Source: Methanothrix sp.
GTDB lineage: Archaea > Halobacteriota > Methanosarcinia > Methanotrichales > Methanotrichaceae
Length of the DNA stretch: 42,386 nucleotides
NCBI GenBank assembly: GCA_037128175.1
Contig: JBAXWY010000024.1
Location: 1-42,386 of the forward strand
Reading direction: 5' to 3'
This document shows positions 10,979 through 19,932 of this stretch, piece by piece. The stretch's first letter is position 1. Every line of letters starts with the position of its first letter. The notes under the pieces are model-generated. The model was not told where the DNA came from. It did not search any database and saw only the letters and a list, made by a program, of their open reading frames with translations. The position numbers were made by a program, and so were the translations under genes.

Positions 10979-11218
10979 GTGGGACGAAGTTTCGAGAGCG
11001 TGAGGATGGGCGTGAAGGACGTCTCTGCCAGATGGCTGAAGGCCAGCCGGGCGCTTAAGAAGGAAGACCAGGTTTACGGGCAAAAGGTGGCACAGATGGC
11101 CCAGAAGCATTCCAGCGAGGCTTTCTATGCGCTGGATGACCCGCTGGAGGCGGCGGTGTTTTCGGTACTGGTGGAGCTGATAAAAAAGCGAGCAGAGGAA
11201 GAGGAGACGAGCGAGTAG
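10979..11218 (+). CDS. Small helical PolB2-associated protein (arCOG07300-like)
   Basis: GTG start; GRSFESVRM...RW...RALKKEDQ...H...DPLEAAVFSVLVEL pattern. Confidence 0.65.
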   Translation: MGRSFESVRMGVKDVSARWLKASRALKKEDQVYGQKVAQMAQKHSSEAFYALDDPLEAAVFSVLVELIKKRAEEEETSE

Positions 11219-11323
11219 AACAGAACAAGTTTACGCGCAATCGGAGAAGGTATTTATAAAATAGTCTTCCGGCCTTGGAGATCTGAAAAATAGGAGAACG
11301 GGTTTACAGGTTACACGTACCAT

Positions 11324-11357
11324 TGGAGCTGGGATTGGCCCTGTTATCCCAGCTCCA
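11324..11357. terminator. Hairpin between convergent genes
   Basis: TGGAGCTGGGAT / ATCCCAGCTCCA perfect 12-bp stem. Confidence 0.6.
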
Positions 11358-11363
11358 TTTACC

Positions 11364-12848
11364 CTACTTCTTTGGACTGAACTTTATGGCTCGGTCATAC
11401 ACGATCTCTGAGTACGATGGCCCTGTTTTTGTAGCCGCTTCCAGGTAGCTCCTCCATTGGATGAAGAGCGGCTGATCCAGTGGTATGCCGTAGGCTCCTG
11501 GACCTGTGGGAACCTCAAAGCAGTGAGGATCACCATTAGCGTGTCTGGCGATCTTATAGACATAGAGGTATTTCGCATTAGGATTTTCAGGGAGGTATGC
11601 ATCAGTAGTTCCGTTGAAATCCAAATTGGAGATCGCTCCAATGCCATTATAGATATCCGCTCCGAATGCGCCGAAGTTGGAGTATGTTGCTTTTCCCGTG
11701 ACTACATGGTTAACGCCATAAACGATTATGAAATCATTGGGATCGTTGCTCAAAGTGACTTGTGAATATCGCATGAAAGGATAGAATCCCGAAGTATTAA
11801 AGAACGGAGGTGTTGGCAAATCAGCAGTTTGGTTTGCTGACCATAGGTAGCAGCAATCGTGGCTATTGCCAGCGCTGTCAATTCCTCTCTGGATACCATC
11901 GTTACCTACTGTGTTTGATATACTGGTTGGAAGCTCTTTTGCATTTAATCCGCTGTATTTGTTGAGAATGGCCTCTCTCAACTGTTCTAGATCATCCATA
12001 AGATCAAACTCAGTTTTACCTGTTCCACGGACTCTTATTTCTGGATAACTATATGGATCTAGCTTTGTAGATTCATTAGGAGTAATCCGGAAAATAGTCG
12101 CAGGTGTATTATTGAGGTAGTTATTGCCAGCTTGCTTGTCTTTGTATAGAGCAGCACGGATCAAGATGGTAAATGTATCGGAAGTATTCTCTACGCCAAG
12201 GTTTAACATAGATGAGGGAAGCTCTTGAGTGTTAATTATGCTCCCCGAATATCCAGCCGAAAAGGCAGCAGTGCGGATGCGTTGATTAATGCCTCTGTCA
12301 GCTGTAGTGATTATCACTGTAGTTTGATTGAATGGATTTCCTGCCATCCCATCTCGTGTCCCCTCAGTTTTGATAATTAGGTTATTCAGTGTATCGTCAA
12401 ATGTATCAAATAGCCATCGAGTTTCATTTCCGTATGTTCTCGACATTACATTAGGATCGAAACTGAAGTATCTACATTCTGGTGGTGTTCTTCCAACGAA
12501 AACAATGGCTTCATCTGGACGAATATTCCAAAAAGAAGCCGACTTCCCACTTATCCCAAGCGTTTTAGCTATTTTAGAAAACAGTTCAGGTACCTTATTA
12601 CCTGGTGCCGGTGGAACAAAATATGTCAAATATTTTGTAGATGGATTATTTCCCCATGCTGAAGGTAAGATTCCTTGGTTCACTAACTTGATAAAATCCA
12701 AATAGCCTAGTTCACCTTGTTGTACAGTAAACCCATCCTTTTCTAAGGTTTGTTTAAAAGCATTCACATCACTTGTTGTTGCATTTTGTGCAAGACCCGT
12801 TCCTATTAGCATTGCTAGCAAAACTGCAAATATTATATATTTATTCAT
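11364..12848 (-). CDS. Secreted hypothetical protein
   Basis: Signal peptide MNKYIIFAVLLAMLIGTGLA; 494-aa AT-rich ORF. Confidence 0.85.
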   Translation of the reverse strand: MNKYIIFAVLLAMLIGTGLAQNATTSDVNAFKQTLEKDGFTVQQGELGYLDFIKLVNQGILPSAWGNNPSTKYLTYFVPPAPGNKVPELFSKIAKTLGISGKSASFWNIRPDEAIVFVGRTPPECRYFSFDPNVMSRTYGNETRWLFDTFDDTLNNLIIKTEGTRDGMAGNPFNQTTVIITTADRGINQRIRTAAFSAGYSGSIINTQELPSSMLNLGVENTSDTFTILIRAALYKDKQAGNNYLNNTPATIFRITPNESTKLDPYSYPEIRVRGTGKTEFDLMDDLEQLREAILNKYSGLNAKELPTSISNTVGNDGIQRGIDSAGNSHDCCYLWSANQTADLPTPPFFNTSGFYPFMRYSQVTLSNDPNDFIIVYGVNHVVTGKATYSNFGAFGADIYNGIGAISNLDFNGTTDAYLPENPNAKYLYVYKIARHANGDPHCFEVPTGPGAYGIPLDQPLFIQWRSYLEAATKTGPSYSEIVYDRAIKFSPKK

Positions 12849-13119
12849 ATACTATACTCCACCTATTAGCTAGTATGTCATCAATTATCATCTATCTACA
12901 AAAAGTTTTTGATGTGTATATATATAGAACCCATATGTTAGCAATGCAGTGGAGGAATTTAAGCAAACGACTGATAAAGAATGTGCTAGATTCTCAACTT
13001 AGACCAAACCAGCAGATTTATATAATATAACATTTTCAACATAATACGAGTGTATAACTCTGAATTCGCATGTAGAAATCAAATTGGAGTATAACGTATT
13101 TTATCTCGGTGAGATGGGT

Positions 13120-13254
13120 ATGGGGCGTCCCAGGAAAAACAGAGACAACCTGGTTGGCAGGGCAGGCCGGCAAGCGATAGAGCAAGAAGATCTACAGCGT
13201 GAGTCGCAGAAATGGACGCGCAGGAAAGCGACACTGGCCAGATTTGCGAAATGA
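13120..13254 (+). CDS. Putative 44-aa basic peptide with AT-hook-like GRPRK
   Basis: GGTGA at 13108-13112, then MGRPRKNRD...ARFAK*; below the ORF track size cutoff. Confidence 0.4.
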   Translation: MGRPRKNRDNLVGRAGRQAIEQEDLQRESQKWTRRKATLARFAK

Positions 13255-13311
13255 ATCCTCTTTTTGATGCCAGCGGTATTTTTCAGGGCTCACCGTCGGC
13301 CCAACGCCGGA

Positions 13312-13320
13312 CTATATAAG
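13312..13320 (+). promoter_or_regulatory. TATA box upstream of tbp
   Basis: CTATATAAG about 25-30 nt before the start codon. Confidence 0.5.
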
Positions 13321-13345
13321 GAGCGGTTTAGAGACATGCATGCAT

Positions 13346-13897
13346 ATGAAGTCCACAATAGATATCGTGAACGTGGTGGCATCCACCAAGCTGGCGGAGG
13401 CGTTCGACCTGCCCAAGATCGAGGCCAAGCTGAAAGGGGCCGAGTATAACAAGGAGAAGTTTCCCGGCCTCGTCTACAGAGTCAAGGCCCCTAAAGCCGC
13501 TTTTCTCATATTCACGACCGGCAAGGTAGTATGCACCGGGTCCAAAAACGTCGAGGATGTTCGCACGGTAATAACCACCCTGGCCAAGACGCTCAAGTCT
13601 ATCGGCTTCGAGAATGTCGATATGGAGCCTGAGATCCACGTTCAGAATATTGTGGCCTCCGCAGATCTGAAGTCGGACTTAAACTTAAACGCCGTCGCCC
13701 TGGGCCTGGGCTTAGAGAATATCGAATACGAACCGGAGCAGTTTCCTGGGCTGGTCTACAGGATCAAGCAGCCCAAGGTAGTAGTACTCATCTTCAGCTC
13801 CGGCAAACTGGTGATCACGGGCGGCAAATCGCCTGAGGACTGCGAAGAAGGCGCGCAGGTCGTCAGGATGCATCTTGAGAACATGGGGCTGCTTTAA
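13346..13897 (+). CDS. tbp: TATA-box binding protein
   Basis: Two TBP repeats (NVVAS...FPGLVYR...[12 protein letters not shown]; QNIVAS...[12 protein letters not shown]...[12 protein letters not shown]); start is 13340 or 13346. Confidence 0.97.
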   Translation: MKSTIDIVNVVASTKLAEAFDLPKIEAKLKGAEYNKEKFPGLVYRVKAPKAAFLIFTTGKVVCTGSKNVEDVRTVITTLAKTLKSIGFENVDMEPEIHVQNIVASADLKSDLNLNAVALGLGLENIEYEPEQFPGLVYRIKQPKVVVLIFSSGKLVITGGKSPEDCEEGAQVVRMHLENMGLL

Positions 13898-13908
13898 CCT
13901 TGCTGATC

Positions 13909-14274
13909 TTATTGGCCTACTGAATTCAATTTTAATTGCTTATGCTCCTGGCCGGCCTTAGTAATATGCTGCCTGCTATGGCTATTTCGGATATTCCTGC
14001 GATGGTCCACCAGCCTCAGATTGCATCTGTTGTTGTTCAGGCCGTTGCCATCGATATGATCACACTCTTCGCCTTCTTGCAGATGCCTGCCTAAAATGCG
14101 TTCCAAGATCTCTCGATGAAGGGTAACACGCTTGTTGCCTTTGCGACGGGCCGCATAAAACGTGTAATTGCCGATAGAATGATGTCCTGGGACGGCGTGC
14201 CAGGATCTTCCCGCCAGATCCGCATCATTCACATCAACAACAGCGTGTTTACCTCGGGTCAGTTCAATTAGCAT
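13909..14274 (-). CDS. HNH endonuclease (homing-endonuclease-like, no AP2 domain)
   Basis: MLIELTRGKHAVVD...LHR...CDHIDGNGLNNNRCNLR; start overlaps the upstream gene by 11 bp. Confidence 0.85.
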   Translation of the reverse strand: MLIELTRGKHAVVDVNDADLAGRSWHAVPGHHSIGNYTFYAARRKGNKRVTLHREILERILGRHLQEGEECDHIDGNGLNNNRCNLRLVDHRRNIRNSHSRQHITKAGQEHKQLKLNSVGQ

Positions 14275-14650
14275 GGATCGCCTCCGCCTTCCTCTCCCTG
14301 GCCTTCCGCCTGGCCGCCGTGGCATCCATCTTACTGCTGCTCCCCAGGTGCACATTGCGCGTCTTGCCGCCCTCGCGCCAGGATGCCATCCAGTAGGTAT
14401 AGGTCTTCGAGCCCTTCCGGCTCTGCTTGACCTTCTTCATCTGCCATACGGTCAGGTCCTCCAGCCGGGCCTGGAGCTTGAGGGCCTCGGCCTCTGCCAG
14501 GGCTTTCTCCGCCTCTCCTTGCAGCCACTCTGCCTCCCGGCGGGCCGCGGGTGCACGGGCGGCCTTCTGCAGGGCGCGGGCATCACGGGCCAGCTCGCGG
14601 GCTTCCTTCTGGAGGACCTGGCGGCGGTAGCCGGAGGGGGTGCTGTGCAT
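14264..14650 (-). CDS. Coiled-coil + arm-type (DUF4102/AP2-like) DNA-binding protein, copy A
   Basis: Ala/Glu/Arg helix followed by KGSKTYTYWMASWREGGKTRNVHLG...AARRKARE, resembling integrase arm-binding domains; conserved across copies. Confidence 0.7.
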   Translation of the reverse strand: MHSTPSGYRRQVLQKEARELARDARALQKAARAPAARREAEWLQGEAEKALAEAEALKLQARLEDLTVWQMKKVKQSRKGSKTYTYWMASWREGGKTRNVHLGSSSKMDATAARRKARERKAEAIHAN

Positions 14651-14658
14651 GAGAGATG

Positions 14659-14702
14659 GTTCTATGGCATTATATTTAAGACTTATGAAAATGCCATAGA
14701 AC
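14659..14702. promoter_or_regulatory. 44-bp inverted-repeat site A enclosing a TATA box
   Basis: GTTCTATGGCATT-N18-AATGCCATAGAAC; minus-strand TTAAATA lies 23-29 nt upstream of ATG 14650. Confidence 0.85.
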
Positions 14703-14949
14703 TATATGAAGGTGCACGCTGAAACTTGCAAGTTATTCATAGTACCGTGTGCGATTGCCCGATGCCTTATTTTCGCGATCATTAAGGATAGAAAACTGCT
14801 ACATAAGCTGGAACGCACCATGAGAGGTTTGAGCCGGAAAGTGTCCTTATAATAACATCCTGTGGTTTAAAACATGTCAAAAAATGGAGTGATGGATTCC
14901 ATGTTACACATACTCTTCCGGTCTGAATTGGCCTGTATAGCCAAAAAAA

Positions 14950-16041
14950 TTAAAGCACCGATCTGCCGCCTACCACGATTGAATTGGCCAGGGTCTTGAA
15001 TTCATCCTGATCATTGATGGTTGTTATTCTGCAAATCGTATAATCATCTGGCAAGAATAAGCCCACATATTTGATGCCGTTTACGAGCGTATTTCCAATG
15101 GACCCGGAAGTTCCTGATGAGGATGCCCATTGAAATCCATTGATCCATTTTGTCTGTATTTGGCCGTGATTGCTGATCTCCTGTGTGATTGTCGCCTCCG
15201 CCAGCCGGGCAAAATCGATCTGGCTGAAAGTTGCACCGTCGCTTCTTTTCAGCAGTTCTACAGAACTGCTGCTTATGCTGAATTGCCATGATTCTACCGG
15301 AACTCCGCTCATATAAGGATATCCAGGCAACACCATTGGTTGCATCAGAATAGACGCATTCAGAGTGAATGAGATTCTGTAGGGTCCTGCATCGACGTTG
15401 TAGTCATATCCAGAGCTAGCCGGGATAGATGTCGGGGAAAACTGGTTGGGATTATTCTCGCCCAGAAGCGTGGCCTTCAATATGGATGTACCTCGACTGG
15501 GTTGATCGTGAATCTTCTCAATATTAATACCTGGGTCTTGCATTAAATAGAACCAAGGCAGATCATCTAATACCGTAAAAAAGCAGATAGTCTGCGGGTC
15601 CACCTGATAGCATGCCGCATAGGCAATCTCATCACTATCAGGACTTCTTATATTCGCAAATTCGGCCTTTTGCTTCTGGCCGATCAGGCCTTCATAGAAG
15701 CCATCACAATAAACTGATGAGTCATTGCACACAGTTGCTAATACGGATTCCGGATCTATATCGAAATCACTTAATTTTTTCCTGCTATCTGCAATTGTGA
15801 TTAGATTAATCTTGATTTCCGGCTCCCATTGAGTCGAATGCACAATTATCCTGTAATAATCAAACGTCACCCCTTCTTGGTTAGTGGAATTATGCAAAAC
15901 CTCAATATTCGCATCTGTTTCACCAAAAAACGATACATTGTATGACCCAACATCAATGCTATGGTCATAGGTCGTGGCAACACAAGAAGACAATATTAAA
16001 GTTGCCGCAGAGAAAAACAACAAGAACTTGTACGGTCGCAT
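14950..16041 (-). CDS. Secreted protein with two similar domains
   Basis: Signal peptide from MRPYKFLLFF; internal similarity IDVGSYNVSF / VDAGPYRISF and VDPQTIC / PDDYTIC. Confidence 0.8.
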   Translation of the reverse strand: MRPYKFLLFFSAATLILSSCVATTYDHSIDVGSYNVSFFGETDANIEVLHNSTNQEGVTFDYYRIIVHSTQWEPEIKINLITIADSRKKLSDFDIDPESVLATVCNDSSVYCDGFYEGLIGQKQKAEFANIRSPDSDEIAYAACYQVDPQTICFFTVLDDLPWFYLMQDPGINIEKIHDQPSRGTSILKATLLGENNPNQFSPTSIPASSGYDYNVDAGPYRISFTLNASILMQPMVLPGYPYMSGVPVESWQFSISSSSVELLKRSDGATFSQIDFARLAEATITQEISNHGQIQTKWINGFQWASSSGTSGSIGNTLVNGIKYVGLFLPDDYTICRITTINDQDEFKTLANSIVVGGRSVL

Positions 16042-16171
16042 CTCATTTACCTCTGTGCCTAAAATCCAGGCATCCGTTATAAGTTGAGGATTAACATAAC
16101 AACTATAGATATTTTCTGGTAACAATAGTTGCAGCATTAAGAGATTCAATCAATCCGTGCGCCTGGGGGAT

Positions 16172-16429
16172 GTAGCTGTAGGTTTTAGAGCCCTTCCTGC
16201 TCTGCTTGACCTTTTCCATCTGCCACACGGTCAGGTCCTCCAGTCTAGCCTGGGTCTTGAGGACCCCGGCCTCTGCCAGGGCAGCATCTGCCTCGCCTTG
16301 CAGCCTTTGCGCCTCTTGGCGGGCCGCGGGTGCACGGGCGACCTTCTGCAGGGCTCGGGCATCTCGGGCCAGCTCCCGGGCTTCCTTCTGGAGGGCCTGA
16401 CGGCGGTCGCCGGAGGGGGTGCAGTGCAT
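16172..16429 (-). pseudogene. Arm-type DNA-binding gene, copy B (3'-truncated after KTYSY)
   Basis: Nearly identical to copy C down to ~16172, then unrelated sequence. Confidence 0.8.
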
Positions 16430-16437
16430 GGGAAGTG

Positions 16438-16481
16438 GTTCTATGGCATTTTACTTAAAACTTTGCAGAATGTCATAGAAC
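16438..16481. promoter_or_regulatory. 44-bp inverted-repeat site B
   Basis: GTTCTATGGCATT-N18-AATGTCATAGAAC. Confidence 0.85.
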
Positions 16482-16558
16482 TATTGCTCCGATGTACTTC
16501 TACCCGTAATGGTAGAATAAAAAAATGATGCATAGGCTCTCTCTGGCAGAGGCGAAAG

Positions 16559-17128
16559 TTACTCTGTGCTAGATGTTTGATTTTGATTAATTCTCTCTAG
16601 CGACCAATTGGCAGCCAGTCGCACGTTAGCATCTCCATCGTTGAGTGAATTAAGCAACGCTTCTCTTCCAGCCCCGAGTTTTCCCAGTGCATATGCAGCC
16701 GAAGATCTAACGTTGGAATCCTCATCTTTGAGTGCTTCTGTTAATGGACCTATGGCTTCAGTACTATTGAGAACACCAAGAGCCCAAGCGTCATCCGATC
16801 TGACATATTCGTTCGTATCCGAACTAAGTGAATGGATCAATGGCTCAACTGCGTTTTTATCGTTAATCTTCCCAAGAGTTCTTGCAGCAGCAGACCTAAC
16901 CTTCCAATCTCCGTCCGATCGAAGGGATAGGATCAATGCATCTGTACCTCGAACGTTACCTAGTTCGCCGATATGAGTTATAGCTTCGATTCGAGTTAGA
17001 TTATCCCCTGTATCTAAATAATCTATATAATAATTTAAATGTTCTCCTTCATATAGACTGCAAGCGCATGGAAGTTGTAGTAGGCATAACATTATCCCAG
17101 TTAAGACCAACCCATTTATCCTAATCAT
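16559..17128 (-). CDS. Exported PBS-lyase/HEAT-repeat protein
   Basis: N-terminal hydrophobic stretch; repeats VRxxAAxALG..AVEPL. Confidence 0.85.
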   Translation of the reverse strand: MIRINGLVLTGIMLCLLQLPCACSLYEGEHLNYYIDYLDTGDNLTRIEAITHIGELGNVRGTDALILSLRSDGDWKVRSAAARTLGKINDKNAVEPLIHSLSSDTNEYVRSDDAWALGVLNSTEAIGPLTEALKDEDSNVRSSAAYALGKLGAGREALLNSLNDGDANVRLAANWSLERINQNQTSSTE

Positions 17129-17219
17129 GTTGCGTTCCTCCTCAATTACTTAAGTGCTTAATATATGATCATACATCTTTATAGACCTGTTTCCAGAGTT
17201 ACTAAGCTTGACTTACAGA

Positions 17220-17279
17220 GCGACTCTCGCAACCTTGGGCAGTCCTCCCGCAAAGAGCCTGACACCCGGCGGCGGGAGA
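17220..17279. repeat. ~60-bp GC-rich repeat, copy 1 (copy 2 at 22053-22111)
   Basis: GCGACTCTCG(C/T)AACC...CCCGCAA(A)GAGCCTG(A/C)CACCCGGCGGCGGGAGA shared, same orientation. Confidence 0.75.
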
Positions 17280-17400
17280 CTGATGCCGCGCAGTAATCCT
17301 GAGGGGGCGCAGGCCAGCAAGCCGCAAGATCCCGCAGGGCGCTTCCATCGCACCGCCCGGCATTGACGACCAGGCCAGGCACGATCATCAATCTCCGGTC

Positions 17401-17517
17401 TCATGGTAGCCCAGCCCCTCCGCCTTCATCTCCCTGGCCTTCTTGCGGGCTTGCGCGGCATCCATCTTCCTGGCACTTCCCAGGTGCACATTGCGCGTCT
17501 TGCCGCCCTCGCGCCAG
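17401..17517 (-). pseudogene. 3' fragment of the arm-type DNA-binding gene
   Basis: Encodes WREGGKTRNVHLGSARKMDAAQARKKAREMKAEGLGYHE. Confidence 0.8.
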
Positions 17518-17789
17518 AATGGCATCTTTCATACTCGATGAAATCATCTTAAGTGGTGTTATAATAATCCATCTTTGATCAGTAAAATGCAATTTCTCCA
17601 TTTTGATTTTTATTGGAATGGCGATATGCACTACAGGCCGGTTGTATTTTATAGGTAATCCAAAGTCTTTTCCCGTGAGCGACTGTTGAGGCTGCCGCAG
17701 GAGAGACATTTCTTCATTTGATATAGAGGCAAAACCTCAGGATTTATTATGTAGAAGCTCTAAAGAATATTGGGATTCAAGAAAATAGG

Positions 17790-18410
17790 ATGATGACTAA
17801 AATGAAAAGATGTTTTATTCCATTACTGCTTGCAATCTGGCTTATCGGATTTCTCGTGCCTGCCCTAGCACACCAGCCCTTCTTTGAAGATAAGGAATTC
17901 ACTGCCGACAATCCTGGGCACATTAAAGACCCCACGATTTCAACCGCCATGTATGCCACGCTTGAAACGCCGACCAATGTAGATTACTATACATTTAATG
18001 GCAGCATTGGTCAGTCCATCTTATTGAGCATTACCATACCTCAGATCTCCGGACAAGAGAACTTTACTCCCACCATGGCACTGATGGGGCCTGGGTTACC
18101 TCCTGTAGATTTGCCCAAACGGGTTATTAAACCACAAGACTTTGGCTCGTTAATCCTGCCATCTCCTGCGAATGCTACTCCCTTCTTCGAGCCTTTCAGT
18201 CGCACATCCTACTTGACACGCCAAGAACAATATGTAAAACTGCTTACCAATGGTAGCTATTTAGTGGCCGTTTGGGATGATAATGGAAAGGCAGGTCGAT
18301 ACGTCTTCGTTATCGGCGACCGAGAAATCCCAGGAGGCGACCCCGCATTTCCACTAAAGATGAAGAATTATTGGACCCCGGTAAACCAATCGATTGTTGG
18401 AAACTATTAA
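17790..18410 (+). CDS. Secreted hypothetical protein
   Basis: Signal peptide ending ALA-HQP; VDYYTF...G.Y.F beta-sandwich-like motifs. Confidence 0.8.
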   Translation: MMTKMKRCFIPLLLAIWLIGFLVPALAHQPFFEDKEFTADNPGHIKDPTISTAMYATLETPTNVDYYTFNGSIGQSILLSITIPQISGQENFTPTMALMGPGLPPVDLPKRVIKPQDFGSLILPSPANATPFFEPFSRTSYLTRQEQYVKLLTNGSYLVAVWDDNGKAGRYVFVIGDREIPGGDPAFPLKMKNYWTPVNQSIVGNY

Positions 18411-18554
18411 GAGAATGCTAAGAGCAACCTGACGAACGGGCAGCAAGCGGACAGAGACCCTCAGGCTCAGCTTGGTCTTAGGGCAGTGATGTCATTGATG
18501 AACATAGCAATAATGGCCTTTTTTCTTCTTGAAAAAATAGGATGGAGATAGAAG

Positions 18555-19049
18555 ATGTCGAAGGGGACTGAAGAGCCTTTGTATGTGGTCTTAAAGACTT
18601 TAGAGAACGGAATTGAGATCAGGGAGTACGATCCTCAAATCAGAGCCACTGCTCAAACGGGCCAGGAAAATGGATCCTTTGGCATCCTGGCAGAGTATAT
18701 CTTTGGCCACAATGACCGGAACGAACGGATAGGTATGACTGCTCCTGTGGTTACCTCTGGGGACAAAATGTCTTTTATCATGCCCAAGCGATATAGCCTG
18801 GAAAGCCTTCCCAAGCCCTTGAGCGCTCCAATAGATATAGATCAGGTTCAAAGAGCCAGAGTTGCTGTTATAAGGTTCTCCGGTTTCAGCAGCCCCAAGA
18901 AAATAGATGAAGAGGCTGAAAAGTTGTTTTTGGTATTGAAAAGTAACGGAATAGAGATAGAGGGCGAACCCTTCATGATGCGCTACAACCCTCCTTGGAC
19001 TCTACCCTTTCTTCGCAGGAACGAAGTAGCTGTAAAGGTTAATATATAG
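18555..19049 (+). CDS. SOUL family heme-binding protein
   Basis: EEP.Y.V...EIREY, F..LAEYIFG.N, IGMTAPV, RYNPPWTLPFLRRNEV. Confidence 0.92.
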   Translation: MSKGTEEPLYVVLKTLENGIEIREYDPQIRATAQTGQENGSFGILAEYIFGHNDRNERIGMTAPVVTSGDKMSFIMPKRYSLESLPKPLSAPIDIDQVQRARVAVIRFSGFSSPKKIDEEAEKLFLVLKSNGIEIEGEPFMMRYNPPWTLPFLRRNEVAVKVNI

Positions 19050-19119
19050 TTAAGATGATATAAAAATAAATTGATATTAAAAATTCACAAAGAGATATTT
19101 CATGGTAAGACTCAAGAAA

Positions 19120-19230
19120 TTACCCAGGAAGTAATCGTTGATGAAATCGCTGGGATGGCAACTATACTGATAGGTAAAACAGGAAACACAAATCCTGTGG
19201 AAGTCTTTCAATGGTTAGAGTATTCCAACT
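19120..19230 (+). pseudogene. Possible degenerate fragment of F420:gamma-glutamyl ligase (CofE-like C-terminus)
   Basis: EVIVDEIAGMATILIG...PVEVF resembles the DE(I/L)A..A.L.MG...P.V motif. Confidence 0.35.
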
Positions 19231-19314
19231 CAAGAGGCGAACTCTTCATGCAAAATACCGGTAATAAGCTCCAAGTTGCAAGCTGCGGGGTATTCATTTT
19301 AAAATAAATATTCC

Positions 19315-19779
19315 TTAAGGGATCTTATGGTTAGAAGGCCGGATAAGATCTACTGCAACTCTTTCTTCACCTGATCCTCTCATATTCAGAATTGGATTAT
19401 GGAGCCCCTCCGCCTTCATCTCCCTGGCCTTCTGGCTAGCCGCCTCGCCATCCATCTTCCTGGCACTCCCCAGGTGCACATTGCGCGTCTTGCCATCCTC
19501 GCGCCAGGAGGCCATCCAGTAGCTGTAGGTTTTAGAGCCCTTCCGGCTCTGCTTGACCTTTTCCATCTGCCACACGTTCAGGTCCTCCAGTCTAGCCTGG
19601 GTCTTGAGGACCTCGGCCTCTGCCAGGGCAGCATCTGCCTCGCCTTGCAGCCTCTCTGCCTCCCGGCGAGCCGCGGGTGCACGGGCGGCGGCCTTCTGCA
19701 GGGCGCGGGCATCGCGGGCCAGCACCCGGGCTTCCTTCTGGAGGGCCTGGCGGCGATCGCCGGAGGGGGTGCAGTGCAT
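19315..19779 (-). CDS. Arm-type DNA-binding protein, copy C (C-terminal extension into unrelated DNA)
   Basis: Same protein as copy A up to KAEGL (~19404). Confidence 0.75.
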   Translation of the reverse strand: MHCTPSGDRRQALQKEARVLARDARALQKAAARAPAARREAERLQGEADAALAEAEVLKTQARLEDLNVWQMEKVKQSRKGSKTYSYWMASWREDGKTRNVHLGSARKMDGEAASQKAREMKAEGLHNPILNMRGSGEERVAVDLIRPSNHKIP

Positions 19780-19787
19780 GGGAAGTG

Positions 19788-19831
19788 GTTCTATGGCATT
19801 TTACTTAAAGCTTTGCAGAATGTCATAGAAC
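19788..19831. promoter_or_regulatory. 44-bp inverted-repeat site C
   Basis: Differs from site B by one base. Confidence 0.85.
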
Positions 19832-19932
19832 TTATTTGAGCCGCAGGTATCTGATCTCCACTAGGAATTGATCGATAAAATGTACTAATGCTCTACTTGG
19901 AGATCGAAGAGATAGCATATGTTGTCGTCCAC

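Noticed and set aside
14659-14702. Standard tyrosine-recombinase core (dif/lox-like) site
   Set aside because: The 18-bp spacer is far longer than the usual 6-8 bp overlap region.
14273-19839. Plus-strand ORFs overlapping the repeated gene (14273..14722, 16157..16528, 19399..19839)
   Set aside because: Antisense shadows; their starts and stops are not conserved, whereas the minus-strand ATG and promoter spacing are.
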